Below are positions 46,217 through 46,297 of a stretch of DNA of 46,297 nucleotides, in pieces. Source of the DNA: a virus (lineage: Duplodnaviria; Caudoviricetes); the IMG/VR virus record IMGVR_UViG_3300005758_000030, positions 1-46,297 of that record. One strand, given 5' to 3'. The position numbers and the translations under genes were made by a program. The notes under the pieces are model-generated. The model was given only the letters and a program-made list of their open reading frames with translations. It did no database searches and was not told the origin of the DNA. Numbering within the stretch: the stretch's first letter is position 1; each line of letters opens with the position of its first letter.

Positions 46217-46297
46217 TTATTTATCGAACTGCTTTTGCAGCACCTCAATTTCTCGCTTAATTTTTAGTTTTTCTTTCTTCATGTTTTCTACGATAAA
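46217..46297 (-). CDS. C-terminal fragment of a DUF465/YdcH-like small coiled-coil protein (partial)
   Basis: FIVENMKKEKLKIKREIEVLQKQFDK*; the KKEKL..K.EI pattern. Confidence 0.45.
   Translation of the reverse strand, partial: FIVENMKKEKLKIKREIEVLQKQFDK
46218..46225 (-). promoter_or_regulatory. Late promoter-like GATAAATA upstream of folE
   Basis: ATAAATA core overlapping the stop codon of the upstream ORF. Confidence 0.5.

Noticed and set aside
1-46297. Stop-codon reassignment, tRNA/rRNA genes, transposases or integrase
   Set aside because: Genes are full length in the standard code with tight coupling; no cloverleaf, rRNA-like or transposase/integrase sequence was recognised by eye.

Overview
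The window looks like part of a large T4-like/jumbo myophage genome. Evidence: dense genes in the standard code, repeated (T/G/C)ATAAATA late-promoter cores, a tail-fibre C-terminus, a T4-type RNase H, a MoxR/vWA pair and folE/queE. No tRNA, rRNA or CRISPR array was seen. The + strand arm (1-30639) starts with tail/virion genes and continues into a ~29 kb late-promoter-associated cluster of glycan-building and tailoring enzymes. It holds 3 single GT-A-like proteins, a 1100-aa protein of ten GT-A-like repeats, a GT10-like protein, 5 radical SAM enzymes with N-terminal twitch domains, 6 SGNH-like proteins, a UDP-glucose dehydrogenase, a NodU-type carbamoyltransferase with a small PFIY-ending peptide nearby, a sulfotransferase-like protein, 2 methyltransferases, a degenerate NeuB and a class II aldolase. 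The best reading is an uncharacterised virion-glycosylation/decoration system (inference). The - strand arm (30699-46297) carries a porin, an early region with sigma70-like promoters and shared leaders, a candidate anti-RBS small RNA, an HNH nuclease, an MTA/SAH nucleosidase, rnh, a 2OG-Fe(II) oxygenase, queE and folE with a possible leader pseudoknot. All functional calls come from motif recognition by eye; no database search was run.
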